From Gammaproteobacteria bacterium (GTDB taxonomy: Bacteria > Pseudomonadota > Gammaproteobacteria > UBA4575): DNA of 64,000 nucleotides. The notes beneath the pieces were generated by a model that ran no database searches, had not been told where the DNA came from, and saw nothing but the letters and a program-made list of their open reading frames with translations. Positions 1 to 13,408 of this stretch are shown in pieces. Location of the stretch: assembly GCA_965222615.1 (NCBI GenBank), contig CBDCUI010000008.1, forward strand, positions 1,024,001 through 1,088,000, written 5' to 3'. The position numbers and the translations under genes were made by a program. Numbering within the stretch: the first letter of the stretch is position 1; every line of letters starts with the position of its first letter.

Positions 1-1
1 T

Positions 2-2029
2 GAGTTGTTAGGATTTAAACCTAACGAGTGTGAGCCAGGACTAGCTCAGATGCAACGTCTATTAAATCCAGAGGATCGCGAAACCTTTAATAATGCATGG
101 AGTACTTTAGTAACCACTAAAGGCTCAGAATTTTTGCTAGAAGCTCGTCTTGCTGTTAAGGATAAAGGTTATAGGTGGTTTGTGATAAGAGGAACGGCTA
201 CTTACGACTATACGGGTAATGCGACCAAAGTAGTAGGCTCGATTAGTGATATTCATTTGCAAAAACAAGCTCAATCGCAACTAGCGAATGAGAAGGATAA
301 AGTAGTTGCGACTTTGCGATCAATTGTTGATGCTGTGATTACAACAAATGAGCGTGGTGAGGTGCAATATATTAACGAAGCGGCTAAACGCTTTCTAAAC
401 TGTACTGAGCAGGAAGCTAGAGGTAAATATATTGAGAAAATTTTAAGCTTGTTTGAAGAGGAGTCCGATAAGCGAATTGAAAACCCTATAATTTCATGTC
501 TATCGAATTGCGATCACACTAACCAAAAACTTAATGCAGATATTGTTACTAAGGCCGGGGCTAAATTTACTGTGCAAGTAATGGCTACTCCACTAATTTC
601 TCAAGGTGGAAAAATTTATGGCGCTGTATTGGTTATGAATGATGTAACTAATTTACGTACACTTTCCAGAAGATTGCGCTATCAGGCAAGCCATGACTCA
701 TTAACGAGATTAATTAATCGGTCTGAGTTTGAGCGTAAAGTCAGGAAAGCGATATTAGATGCAAAAACTAAACGACATAATAGTGCGATCATCTATATTG
801 ATCTAGATCGTTTTAAAATGATTAATGATTTATTTGGTCATGCTGCAGGTGATGAGCTATTAATACAATTTAGCAATTTAGTAAAAAGCAATCTTAGAGA
901 TGAAGATATACTGGCGCGTCTTGGTGGGGATGAATTTGCCTTATTGTTGCGCGGTTGTTCACTACAATTGGCAGAAGAGAAAGCTCATGAAATACTAAAT
1001 ACAATTCAGGAATACAAGTTCATATGGGAGCAGAAAAGTTTCAATATAGAAGCTAGCATGGGTGTTGCTGAAATCAATGAAAGGTGCTTTGATCTTTCAT
1101 ACATATTATCGTCGGTAGATAGTGCATGTTACTTAGCTAAAGAGTCTGGCCGAAATTGTGTCCGAGTATTTAGAGAAGGCGACGTGGAAATCAATCATCG
1201 CCGTGGACAGGAACGTTGGTTGCAGCGTTTTGACAAAGCATTAAATGACGGTAGGTTAGTTATTACTGCTCAACCCATAATAAATATTAAAGCGAATAAA
1301 GATCCCAATACCCATAAAAATGGATTTGAAATATTGATTCGTATGCAAGACGATAACGGACGGTTGGTACCACCGAAAGCATTTTTGCCAGCAGTAGAAC
1401 GCTATAATCGTGCGCCAAAGCTTGATCGTTGGATATTGAACCATGTGCTTAAATTATTAGCTGAACATCCTGAGGTATTACTACAGTTAGATAAGTGTTC
1501 AATTAATCTTTCAGGCCAATCTTTAGTATCTGAAGGCTTTTTACCCTTCATCATGGCAAAACTAAGAGAATTTGAGATTGATCCTAGTAAAATTTGTTTT
1601 GAAATTACTGAAACTGCCGCTATTGCTAACTTAACTCAAGCAACCTCGTTTGTACAAAGTTTAAAAGATTTGGGTTGTTATTTTGCTTTAGATGATTTTG
1701 GTGCAGGTTTGTCATCCTTTGCTTACTTGAAAACACTACCAGTAGACTATTTAAAGATCGATGGCATGTTTGTAAAAGATATTCATAATGATGATGTAAG
1801 TCGTGCGATGGTGAGGGCAATTAATGACATGGGGCATGTATTAGGCAAAGAAACTATTGCGGAATACGTAGAGAATGAAAATATTTTAAATATATTGAAG
1901 GAAATAGGAGTTGACTATGCGCAGGGATTTCATTCCGGTCGCCCAGAACCTGTGCTTGAATTTTTTGAGTCTTCAGAATTTAAATTTGACAAACGAACTA
2001 CACAAAAGTTATTTGCGCTAGGTGGTTAA
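2..2029 (+). CDS. PAS-PAS-GGDEF-EAL diguanylate cyclase/phosphodiesterase (5' truncated by window)
   Basis: PAS/PAC segments, intact GGDEF with upstream RxxD (RDED) I-site, EIL and DDFGAG EAL-domain motifs; frame open from window start. Confidence 0.93.
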   Translation, partial: ELLGFKPNECEPGLAQMQRLLNPEDRETFNNAWSTLVTTKGSEFLLEARLAVKDKGYRWFVIRGTATYDYTGNATKVVGSISDIHLQKQAQSQLANEKDKVVATLRSIVDAVITTNERGEVQYINEAAKRFLNCTEQEARGKYIEKILSLFEEESDKRIENPIISCLSNCDHTNQKLNADIVTKAGAKFTVQVMATPLISQGGKIYGAVLVMNDVTNLRTLSRRLRYQASHDSLTRLINRSEFERKVRKAILDAKTKRHNSAIIYIDLDRFKMINDLFGHAAGDELLIQFSNLVKSNLRDEDILARLGGDEFALLLRGCSLQLAEEKAHEILNTIQEYKFIWEQKSFNIEASMGVAEINERCFDLSYILSSVDSACYLAKESGRNCVRVFREGDVEINHRRGQERWLQRFDKALNDGRLVITAQPIINIKANKDPNTHKNGFEILIRMQDDNGRLVPPKAFLPAVERYNRAPKLDRWILNHVLKLLAEHPEVLLQLDKCSINLSGQSLVSEGFLPFIMAKLREFEIDPSKICFEITETAAIANLTQATSFVQSLKDLGCYFALDDFGAGLSSFAYLKTLPVDYLKIDGMFVKDIHNDDVSRAMVRAINDMGHVLGKETIAEYVENENILNILKEIGVDYAQGFHSGRPEPVLEFFESSEFKFDKRTTQKLFALGG

Positions 2030-2032
2030 GCA

Positions 2033-2593
2033 TTAACCCTGGGTTTCCAATCCCATGATGGTTGGATACGAATCCCTGGTATGAAATCTTGCAATGGATA
2101 TATACCGGTTATTACTACAGTGCTGTAACTCTAAAATATATTTTTTTTCACTCTCTGCGGTAATATGTTCCCTGAGTGTCTGAGCAGTTTTATCTGCGGT
2201 TTGTTTACTATTAAGTGCATAGTACTTTGTTGAAAATATATATTGTTCATCAGTATTTCGTACGATGTCTTGACGAATACGATATTCATCAGGCGTAGAG
2301 TCACTGGTTTTGTTAGCCACACGTTGAATAACGATATCTACATTACCGCTTTCCAATTGCATCATCATTTTACTGTCTCGGTTTAAATTGGCATCCATGT
2401 AGGCAGCTTTTTTCATGTATGAGTTTGTTGTTTCTTGCAGTTGGGCCTTACGTAGCTGACGATCTATATTGTCATCACCATTTTGTTCACGATATTGAAG
2501 ACGAACACCTGAACGGCTGATGTAGATACCTATAACATCGATCGGATATTCATTTTCAATGTGGTCGCGTAAACCTTCAGTGTTTAATGCCAT
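2033..2593 (-). CDS. hypothetical protein
   Basis: 186-aa ORF with ATG start filling the gap; no recognised motif. Confidence 0.65.
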   Translation of the reverse strand: MALNTEGLRDHIENEYPIDVIGIYISRSGVRLQYREQNGDDNIDRQLRKAQLQETTNSYMKKAAYMDANLNRDSKMMMQLESGNVDIVIQRVANKTSDSTPDEYRIRQDIVRNTDEQYIFSTKYYALNSKQTADKTAQTLREHITAESEKKYILELQHCSNNRYISIARFHTRDSYPTIMGLETQG

Positions 2594-2647
2594 TTTGAAT
2601 CAATTAAGTAGTAGTAAATATCAAGTTTAGGGCAGTACATTATTATC

Positions 2648-2669
2648 CTGAAAATCAAATGATTTTCAG
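2648..2669. promoter_or_regulatory. perfect inverted repeat (operator or hairpin)
   Basis: CTGAAAATC-AAAT-GATTTTCAG between two minus-strand genes. Confidence 0.35.
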
Positions 2670-2712
2670 ATTCGGGGTGGGCAAGCGGGAGGCCCTGAAG
2701 GACTAACTGTGG

Positions 2713-2898
2713 TTAATCACATGTAGTAATGCCAAAAGGTACGTAAAGCGGACACGTACCTAAGAGGCCAGTCAGTACAGGAACTACGCCAATTAACCCA
2801 AACCACCAGCCACCTTGAAATGCAAATGCCAAGCCTATGAGTAATAGGCCAATTAGAATTCTCAGCATGCGCTCTGTTTCACCAACGTTTGTAGTCAT
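2713..2898 (-). CDS. DUF2892 (YgaP-like) small membrane protein
   Basis: NVGxxERxxR, two hydrophobic helices, CPLY...GITTC ending; AAGGAGG RBS. Confidence 0.88.
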   Translation of the reverse strand: MTTNVGETERMLRILIGLLLIGLAFAFQGGWWFGLIGVVPVLTGLLGTCPLYVPFGITTCD

Positions 2899-3313
2899 TT
2901 GTTTTGCCTCCTTAAATGTTAATAATTATGGTCAGGAAATTATCTGAAGCTATTAGACCTATGTTAAGTAATCCTACCGAAGATGAATGTAATGAGCTAT
3001 ACCTTTATAAAATAACTTACTAAATATGGCGAAATATCTTTTTATCTAGAACGTAAATACTTGCAGCTAGTCAACCAGGTTTATGGAGAACGACTAAAAG
3101 TATTTAGGCACTAGGGTCAGTCATTACTATGTGCTGACCGTTATCCAAAAAAATTAAGCAATTACCACCTATTCTTGAATTGATACCATTAATCATGTTT
3201 GTGCCAATTTGTTCAAGCGGAAGGAACATAGGTCGTTTAATATGGCGATTAACATTGATAATTAAATCTCGAAATGGCTGTATAATTCATTCAGAGTTTG
3301 TGGAGAGGAACTG

Positions 3314-3553
3314 ATGGCAAAGAAATCGTTATTTGGTGGGATTTTAGGGAAAAAGCAATCTAAGCCTGTGGTTGAAGCTGAACAAGTTGATGCTGAGGCC
3401 AATGAAGAGTCAATTGAGCATCTTTATATAACCGAAGATGATAAGAAAAATAAAAAGTATAAGAAAAAAATTGTCACCAAGGATCCAAAAATTGATACCG
3501 CAATTCTTCGTAATAGAATCGCCGATAAAATTGCTAAAATGGATAATAATTAA
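3314..3553 (+). CDS. hypothetical small charged protein
   Basis: 79-aa ORF with GGAGAGG RBS. Confidence 0.6.
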   Translation: MAKKSLFGGILGKKQSKPVVEAEQVDAEANEESIEHLYITEDDKKNKKYKKKIVTKDPKIDTAILRNRIADKIAKMDNN

Positions 3554-3703
3554 GGTATTCTAACCGCTATTTCAGTTAAGTCTTATCTCATAATCAATAA
3601 TCCTTAGTTCAGAAATGATTTGCTTGTTTCGTAAAAGCGAAACGACAGTGTGAGTGTATTTATGGCAAAATATGGACATTCAATATTGTCTTCCTTCATT
3701 TGA

Positions 3704-4534
3704 ATGTGTTTCCAATTAAAGTTTTTCTCAATATTAATAATATTCTTTCTATCTCTTGCAATAGTCGCAAATGACAAAAAGCTCGAACTTTCTGGGAATT
3801 TAATCCAAGGTGGTCTGGTATATGGAGAGACAGCTCCAGGCTCAAAAGTGAAATTTAATCAGCACTGGGTGCGTGTTTCCTCAAATGGTACATTTATATT
3901 AGGCTTTGGACGTAATTTTCCTGAGCATGCAGATTTAATTATTTACTCAGCAGCAGGGTCCAAGTCTGTTTACAAACTTAAAATTAAATTGCGTGAATAT
4001 AAAATTCAACGCATTGATGGATTACCGGATGACAAAGTAAATCCTGACGAAAAAGCGTTGCAGAGAATACGCAAAGAGCAAGCGGAAATTGCCAAAGCGC
4101 GTGATATAGATGATGCTCGACAAGACTATCTATCGGGATTTATTTGGCCAGTACAAGGACCCATAACTGGAGTATATGGTAGTCAACGTATCCTCAATGG
4201 ACAAGCACGACAGCCACATTATGGAGTCGATATCGCGGCACCTAGTGGTAATCCCGTTGCAGCCCCTGCTGCAGGTATCGTGACATATGTGAATCCAGAT
4301 ATGTATTTTTCAGGGGGTACGCTGGTGCTCGATCATGGGCATAATTTATCTTCGTCGTTTTTGCATTTGCAGAAAATTCTAGTGAAGGTTGGTGATGTGG
4401 TAGAACAGGGCCAGACGATTGCATTAGTTGGCGCCACGGGAAGAGTCACTGGAGCACATTTGGATTGGCGCATGAATTGGCGTGAGCAACGTTTAGACCC
4501 CGCCCTAATTATGGGGGACACCCCGATTCATTAA
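3704..4534 (+). CDS. M23 family metallopeptidase
   Basis: Signal peptide, HYGVD (HxxxD) and HLD motifs. Confidence 0.92.
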   Translation: MCFQLKFFSILIIFFLSLAIVANDKKLELSGNLIQGGLVYGETAPGSKVKFNQHWVRVSSNGTFILGFGRNFPEHADLIIYSAAGSKSVYKLKIKLREYKIQRIDGLPDDKVNPDEKALQRIRKEQAEIAKARDIDDARQDYLSGFIWPVQGPITGVYGSQRILNGQARQPHYGVDIAAPSGNPVAAPAAGIVTYVNPDMYFSGGTLVLDHGHNLSSSFLHLQKILVKVGDVVEQGQTIALVGATGRVTGAHLDWRMNWREQRLDPALIMGDTPIH

Positions 4535-4645
4535 AAAATATTAGTAGAATAATACAGTTAAAATAATAGGTTACATAACAATTATAATAAAGACTTTAAG
4601 TATGTAGATTTACATCTATAGGTAAATCCATACACAATGTAAGCC

Positions 4646-5197
4646 ATGCAGACTAAATCTGGTCAATTAAATATAGAAACCAAAACCTCGCAGTTTGAAG
4701 CGATTGTGCAGGCCTATTCCAAAGATTTATATCGATTTGGACTGTGGCTTACCAAAGATGCACAAGTTGCGGAGGATTTGGTGCAAGAGACTTTTTTACG
4801 CGCTTGGAAGGCAATGGATTCTTTGAAGGATCCCAATGCAGTAAAAAGTTGGTTATTTACGATTTACCGTCGTGAAAATGCGCGGCGATTTGAGAAAATC
4901 AGACCAGATACAACGCCTATTGACGATATAAATATCGATAAATTTGCACAACTTGAAGATGATTTTGCTAAAACTGAGGTGATAGCACTGCGTGAAAGTT
5001 TAAAAGAATTGCCTGAAGAGTATTTAGAGCCGTTACTTTTGCAAGTATTAGGTGGGTACAGCTGTGAAGAGATTGGCGAAATAATTGGCATTAAAAAGGG
5101 CGCTGTAATGACACGTGTATTTCGCGCACGTAAAAAATTACGTGAAATTTTGTTAGATGAAGACAGTAATAGTAGTCAAAAAGTTACTGAGATTTAA
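4646..5197 (+). CDS. ECF sigma-70 factor
   Basis: AEDLVQETFLRAW region 2; region 4 HTH with SCEEIG...VFRARKKL. Confidence 0.93.
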   Translation: MQTKSGQLNIETKTSQFEAIVQAYSKDLYRFGLWLTKDAQVAEDLVQETFLRAWKAMDSLKDPNAVKSWLFTIYRRENARRFEKIRPDTTPIDDINIDKFAQLEDDFAKTEVIALRESLKELPEEYLEPLLLQVLGGYSCEEIGEIIGIKKGAVMTRVFRARKKLREILLDEDSNSSQKVTEI

Positions 5198-5220
5198 GGC
5201 CTAAGGATTAGGGTATTTAT

Positions 5221-5943
5221 ATGGATGCAAAATGCATTGAGGTAAGAAGAGAATTAACTACTGATCCTCAAACTAGAGATGCTGATATTTTGCAACACCT
5301 TAATAGTTGCACCAGCTGCTCGGATTATCTCAAGGAGTTGAGGCTTTTTGATACTAAGCTTGCTAAAGCTATAAAGGTTGAGGTTCCGGAAGGCTTAGAG
5401 TCGCGCATTTTACTGGCTCAGAAGATGGGCCAACCACCCCAAATGTCGAGGCAATCTAAGTGGCGAGATTATACTTGGATGTCGCTTGCAGCAGGTCTTG
5501 TCGTTGCTATTGGTATTACCATAGGTGCATATAAGCTGGGTGAATCCCATGGTATCGAGCGTGAAGTACTAGCACATATTTATGAAGATATATATGCCCT
5601 GGATAGAAACGATAATATAGAACTGGCATCGTTGAATAAGATATTGAAGCCTCATGGAATTCAAGCCGATGCAGGTATTGGACATATTCGTTATGCCGCT
5701 AATTGCCCCATTGGTGACAAAACCGCACCACATATGGTTTTAGATGATGATCAAGGCAAGGCGGTAACGGTTATGTATATTCCTTGGAAAGACTCCTTTA
5801 AGCGCATGCCTTTTGATGATGAGAGATTTAATGGTGTTTTGGTTGGCGCAGAACAGGGTAGTTTTATAATTGTTTCGGAAAATCAACAGTCTTTAAAGCC
5901 GATGGAAGATCGCGTCATAAAATCGATAGAAATACGAATCTAA
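5221..5943 (+). CDS. DUF3379-type membrane anti-sigma factor
   Basis: HxxxCxxC zinc anti-sigma motif, one TM helix, directly downstream of the ECF sigma gene. Confidence 0.82.
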   Translation: MDAKCIEVRRELTTDPQTRDADILQHLNSCTSCSDYLKELRLFDTKLAKAIKVEVPEGLESRILLAQKMGQPPQMSRQSKWRDYTWMSLAAGLVVAIGITIGAYKLGESHGIEREVLAHIYEDIYALDRNDNIELASLNKILKPHGIQADAGIGHIRYAANCPIGDKTAPHMVLDDDQGKAVTVMYIPWKDSFKRMPFDDERFNGVLVGAEQGSFIIVSENQQSLKPMEDRVIKSIEIRI

Positions 5944-7127
5944 TTCAGGCTTTGATAGTAGTCCATTAATATTTTTGCCACTTCCGGTCTTGCAAACTCC
6001 TTAGGTAAATTTTCTCCTGCAGCAAGCATGCCACGAACTTTGGTACCAGAGAGCAATACAAAATCATCTTTTTGGTGGTCTGGTGCATCACGCATCATCA
6101 CCACTTTATTCAATTTTTTAGAATAAGCGGTATGATCAGCACGAAATACTTCTATTTCCAATGCACCGGATGGAACTTCATCATCAAAAATTGTTTGAGC
6201 ATCGAATGCGCCATAATAGTCACCTACACCGGCATGATCACGTCCTATAATAAAGTGAGTGCATCCGCAATTTTGACGAAATACAGCATGTAGCACAGCT
6301 TCACGAGGACCTGCATACAGCATGTCGAAACCATAGCCAGTAATCATTACCGTATTCGGCGGGAAATATAAATCTACCATTTTACGAATGGCTGCATCAC
6401 GCACCGGGGCAGGGATGTCTCCAGGTTTTAATTTTCCAAGTAACATATGAATGAGAACCCCATCGGCATTCACGGTCGCTTGAGCCATTTTACATAGTTC
6501 CTCATGTGCGCGATGCATAGGGTTACGGGTTTGAAAACCTACTACACTGTTCCAACCGCGTTCAGCAATTTCGTCTCTAATTTCACTTGCAGTGCGAAAA
6601 GTTTCGGCAAATTCATCTCTAAAGTAACTATAGTTCAATACTTGAATAGGCCCTGAAATGACAGTTTTCCCCAATGACATGAATGTTGCGGCACCGGGAT
6701 GGTCCGCAGCAGTGGTTCTATACACTTTTTCTGTAATAGTAGCTAGCTGATCGTTGCTAAGTTCTTCTATTGCCTCAACATCTTGAATAGCAATAACTGG
6801 ATTTCCGTCTACATTTGGGTCTTTTAATGCAATACGCTTTGCAGTACCAATCGATGAAGCATCTTCAACTAGATTTAATACTGGCGTAGGCCAAAACAAA
6901 CCACTTGTAGTTTGCATCTTCTCAGCAACAGACATTGCATCTGCAACATTCATATAGCCATCCAATGGCGTGAAATATCCAGCACCAAGCATTACTGCAT
7001 TAGAAGCCGCAGCCGAGTTGACTAAAATTGAAGGTAGATTTTTTGCTTCTTCTTCTAGCTGTTTGCGTTGAGCATCGTCTTCTACATATAAAGGTTTTAA
7101 AGTATCCGATCCATGCGGCTTGATCAT
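5940..7127 (-). CDS. sat: sulfate adenylyltransferase (ATP sulfurylase), oxidative/dissimilatory type
   Basis: FQTRNPMHRAHE, YAGPREA, GRDHAG and LSGTKVR motifs. Confidence 0.96.
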   Translation of the reverse strand: MIKPHGSDTLKPLYVEDDAQRKQLEEEAKNLPSILVNSAAASNAVMLGAGYFTPLDGYMNVADAMSVAEKMQTTSGLFWPTPVLNLVEDASSIGTAKRIALKDPNVDGNPVIAIQDVEAIEELSNDQLATITEKVYRTTAADHPGAATFMSLGKTVISGPIQVLNYSYFRDEFAETFRTASEIRDEIAERGWNSVVGFQTRNPMHRAHEELCKMAQATVNADGVLIHMLLGKLKPGDIPAPVRDAAIRKMVDLYFPPNTVMITGYGFDMLYAGPREAVLHAVFRQNCGCTHFIIGRDHAGVGDYYGAFDAQTIFDDEVPSGALEIEVFRADHTAYSKKLNKVVMMRDAPDHQKDDFVLLSGTKVRGMLAAGENLPKEFARPEVAKILMDYYQSLN

Positions 7128-7192
7128 TGCTTACTCCCAAATATTTAATGATATTTAAAAACGATTAAATGGTCTTAATTATTGTCTCTAGT

Positions 7193-7325
7193 CAAATCTG
7201 AGATTGGTGGCATACGAATATGCCATCTACGAATCAGTTACTTCAATAACAGATTCGGCGAAGGCAAATACGGACATGTGCCAGACTTGCTGTAGCTGTA
7301 TTTTTCCGACAAGAAAAATACAGCT
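7193..7325 (-). promoter_or_regulatory. structured leader upstream of sat (candidate cis-regulatory RNA or operator)
   Basis: Three tandem hairpins, one with a UUCG loop on the minus strand, plus a possible enclosing helix. Confidence 0.4.
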
Positions 7326-7566
7326 CATAGATAATTATTACAGTATGAAAGTCTTAGCTTAGCTAGTTGATTGTCTTAATAGTGCTATTAGTAGTTTTAT
7401 TTCGACCCAAATTTGATGCGGCTAGATTATCATTGCCGAATAGATTGGTGTAACTATCTATTTTTCATAGTGTTATATGGCAAGTTCTCTATATTTGAGC
7501 CAGTACACAATTCCCATGCGCTAGTTGTGAGATTATAGCTGAAATTATTTTGCTAGGTTTTACGAC

Positions 7567-7800
7567 ATGGAAGATAAGTTTGATAGCGCAATCAAAGAGG
7601 TCACGGAAGATTTTGATAGCGTACCCACTACTGAGGATCCGCGGACTGGAATCGATCGTAGACATACTGTAGCGACAGAATTTCCAATTAAGGATCATGA
7701 TGGCAACGTGATTACAAAAGATCGACGCTCAAAACAAGACCGGCGTGCAAGAGATATCGACATCGACGATATCAGTGAATACGTTGTAGATTTGCACTAG
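7567..7800 (+). CDS. small hypothetical protein with repeated DRR motifs
   Basis: 77 aa; DPRTGIDRR and DRRSKQDRR. Confidence 0.65.
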   Translation: MEDKFDSAIKEVTEDFDSVPTTEDPRTGIDRRHTVATEFPIKDHDGNVITKDRRSKQDRRARDIDIDDISEYVVDLH

Positions 7801-8236
7801 CAGATATTTTCCAGCGTTAGGTATAAACCCCGCGGCTTGAATGCCGATAACTGCGCAGTGCTTATCTTCATCTGACAAATCTCCGGTAATACCGACAGAG
7901 CTAATTATTTTCGTATTGGGCCTCTTACTAAAACGCCCCCTGGAACAGGTAAAAGTCTTTGCTCAGATAGGTTGATCAAAGCATTCATGAACATCGGTCG
8001 TTCTTCACCCATTTCTCCCAACTCGCGGGATGAGACTCCAACACCAATGACACCCCAGGCCTTCGCTAGTGCAATCTGTGGACGCATGAGGCTGACACCG
8101 TCGCGCGAGATAATGCCCTAATGTGTCCCCCTGCATTTAATATGACCACAGTGAGAGAGGCTAGTTTACGTTTTTTGCCTTCATCATGCGCTGCCTTAAT
8201 GATTATATTGGCTTGTTCTAATGTAATTTCCGTCAT
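7800..8236 (-). pseudogene. GlcG/HbpS heme-binding protein, frameshifted
   Basis: MTEITLEQANIIIKAA...LTVVILNAGGH from ATG 8236; shifts frame to ...IALAKAWG...PVPGGVLV, then again to ...SVGITGDLSDED; 3' end approximate. Confidence 0.75.
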
Positions 8237-8340
8237 TAGTATTTTTCCTTAGTGTGAGGCTTGTCATTTAGAAAAGCGTTATGAATTTATTCCTTATGTT
8301 AGTAAAATAGCTGTAATAAAAAACCTCCCATATAACAACA

Positions 8341-11680
<3,340 letters not shown>

Positions 11681-11776
11681 ATACCATCACTTGTGTTTAG
11701 GATATTATTGGTTACTAAATTTTTCAAATTCAAAGAAAATTTCAGTTTCTCATGTAATACAAAGGAGGAACGAATT

Positions 11777-12352
11777 ATGAACAAGATATACTCTAGTAGC
11801 CTAATGGCGTTGTGCCTATTTTTGGTGGCTTGTGAAGATTCGTCAGAACGTACTGCTAAAAAATCAGAGGCAGTGGCGACAGTTCAATCGGCAGAATCCG
11901 ATAAGAGCAGCGGTCTTAAAAGTGCCTGTGATGTATTTCCTTTGGATATTGCGCAACACATTTTAGGCGATAATGTTGAAAAGGGACATGGCAGTCAGCC
12001 GGATAGCTATGATGAGCAGCTCAAGGTAAGAGTCTCAACATGCACTTATCAAGCAGATGATCCAAATTCGGCGGGTATTTTAGTGGCTTCTCTTAGCCTC
12101 AGAGCAGCTGGCTCAGATAAACAAAGAGCGGACAACGAAGCATTGTTGGAATTAGGAATGCAAGCTTTTGAAAGTGACGATTTTAAAGTAGAGAACATAA
12201 ATGGATTGGGTGATAAAGCATATGCGATTTCGAGCTCACTTGGAGAATTTATTCACATGTTGGCTAATGATAACCAGTACATGCTAATAGTTAGTGCACA
12301 AACACGTGAACAAACTGAGGAATTAGTCAGGCTTGTGCAGGGAAATTTATGA
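11777..12352 (+). CDS. lipoprotein of unknown function
   Basis: AGGAGG RBS, ATG 11777, lipobox LVAC, Cys pair (ACD...TCTY). Confidence 0.75.
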   Translation: MNKIYSSSLMALCLFLVACEDSSERTAKKSEAVATVQSAESDKSSGLKSACDVFPLDIAQHILGDNVEKGHGSQPDSYDEQLKVRVSTCTYQADDPNSAGILVASLSLRAAGSDKQRADNEALLELGMQAFESDDFKVENINGLGDKAYAISSSLGEFIHMLANDNQYMLIVSAQTREQTEELVRLVQGNL

Positions 12353-12417
12353 AATAGTATAAAAGTTGATTTATCCGCAAAGTAGTCTAAAGACTGACAT
12401 AGTTTGACTGAAATGAT

Positions 12418-12780
12418 TTATTGTATTGGGCTGATCATTTCGATGATTTCATCAATATAGTCCAATAAGGCGCAGGCCAGCATATCATCTGACTTTTTTT
12501 CACCAATATTCAGCAATCCTTGTAATGCATTGATGATTATCTGTGAATCTTGCTTAGAGTGATTAAGTTGTTCTTCTATATTTTCAATATGTATCATGGC
12601 AGCGGTTTTATCACGATCTGAATCCAGAATATCTGGAAAGTGCGTACTAACTTGTTAGATAAATTTAAGCAGTGCATGTTTTTTGTCTTCATGGGTGTAA
12701 CCACTATAGGCGTGTCTAAGTGGTGGTATCAATTGCACAGGGTAATTTTTGGTTGCGGATTTATCTTTTTCATTGGTCAT
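12418..12780 (-). pseudogene. hypothetical ~120-codon ORF interrupted by an in-frame TAA
   Basis: ATG 12780 just after msrB; frame open to TAA 12418 except a TAA at 12655-12657. Confidence 0.5.
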
Positions 12781-12788
12781 AGTTTTTC

Positions 12789-13283
12789 CTAAGCTGGCTT
12801 AAATTCAAGTACTTGGCCGTTGTTACACCAGCGTTGGCCAGTAGGTAAAGGACCATCCATAATCAAATGCCCATGGTGACCTGAGCAGCGTGCGCATCGA
12901 TATGCTGTGCTTGGCAAAATGCTTCTGAAATCAGCATATACCTCCAGATGACCTTTAATATGGTCACTAAAGCTAGGCCAACCAGTCTTACTGTCATATT
13001 TCATCTCAGAAGTGAATAATGCCAATTGGCAGCCCACACAATAATAAGTCCCGGGTGCATTAAATGTATTAAAGTCACTGGAAAAGCGTGGTTCAGTGGC
13101 GCCAGTGCGTAATATGGCGTATTGAGCCGGGGTAAGTTTGTTGCGCCAAAATTCGTCGGAGTGCATCCATTTTTCTATACTGGGATCGGCTTTAATTGTA
13201 AGTTTATTATGACCTGAACTTAGTTGCAGCACCGTAAACACTGAAACACCACCAACAGCGAATAAAAAACTTCTTCTATTCAA
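12789..13283 (-). CDS. msrB: peptide-methionine (R)-S-oxide reductase with Tat-like signal
   Basis: GWPSF, two CxxC, HHGH and RWCNNG motifs; N-terminal NRRSFL. Confidence 0.92.
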   Translation of the reverse strand: MNRRSFLFAVGGVSVFTVLQLSSGHNKLTIKADPSIEKWMHSDEFWRNKLTPAQYAILRTGATEPRFSSDFNTFNAPGTYYCVGCQLALFTSEMKYDSKTGWPSFSDHIKGHLEVYADFRSILPSTAYRCARCSGHHGHLIMDGPLPTGQRWCNNGQVLEFKPA

Positions 13284-13408
13284 AATGCATCCTTAAAGTA
13301 TGCAGTACCATATCTAAGATCAAGTTTAGCGTTTTGCACGAGGTTAAAGTGAATAATTATGGCCGCAGAAATAGCTAATGTTTTTATTTATATATACTCT
13401 ATAACTAC

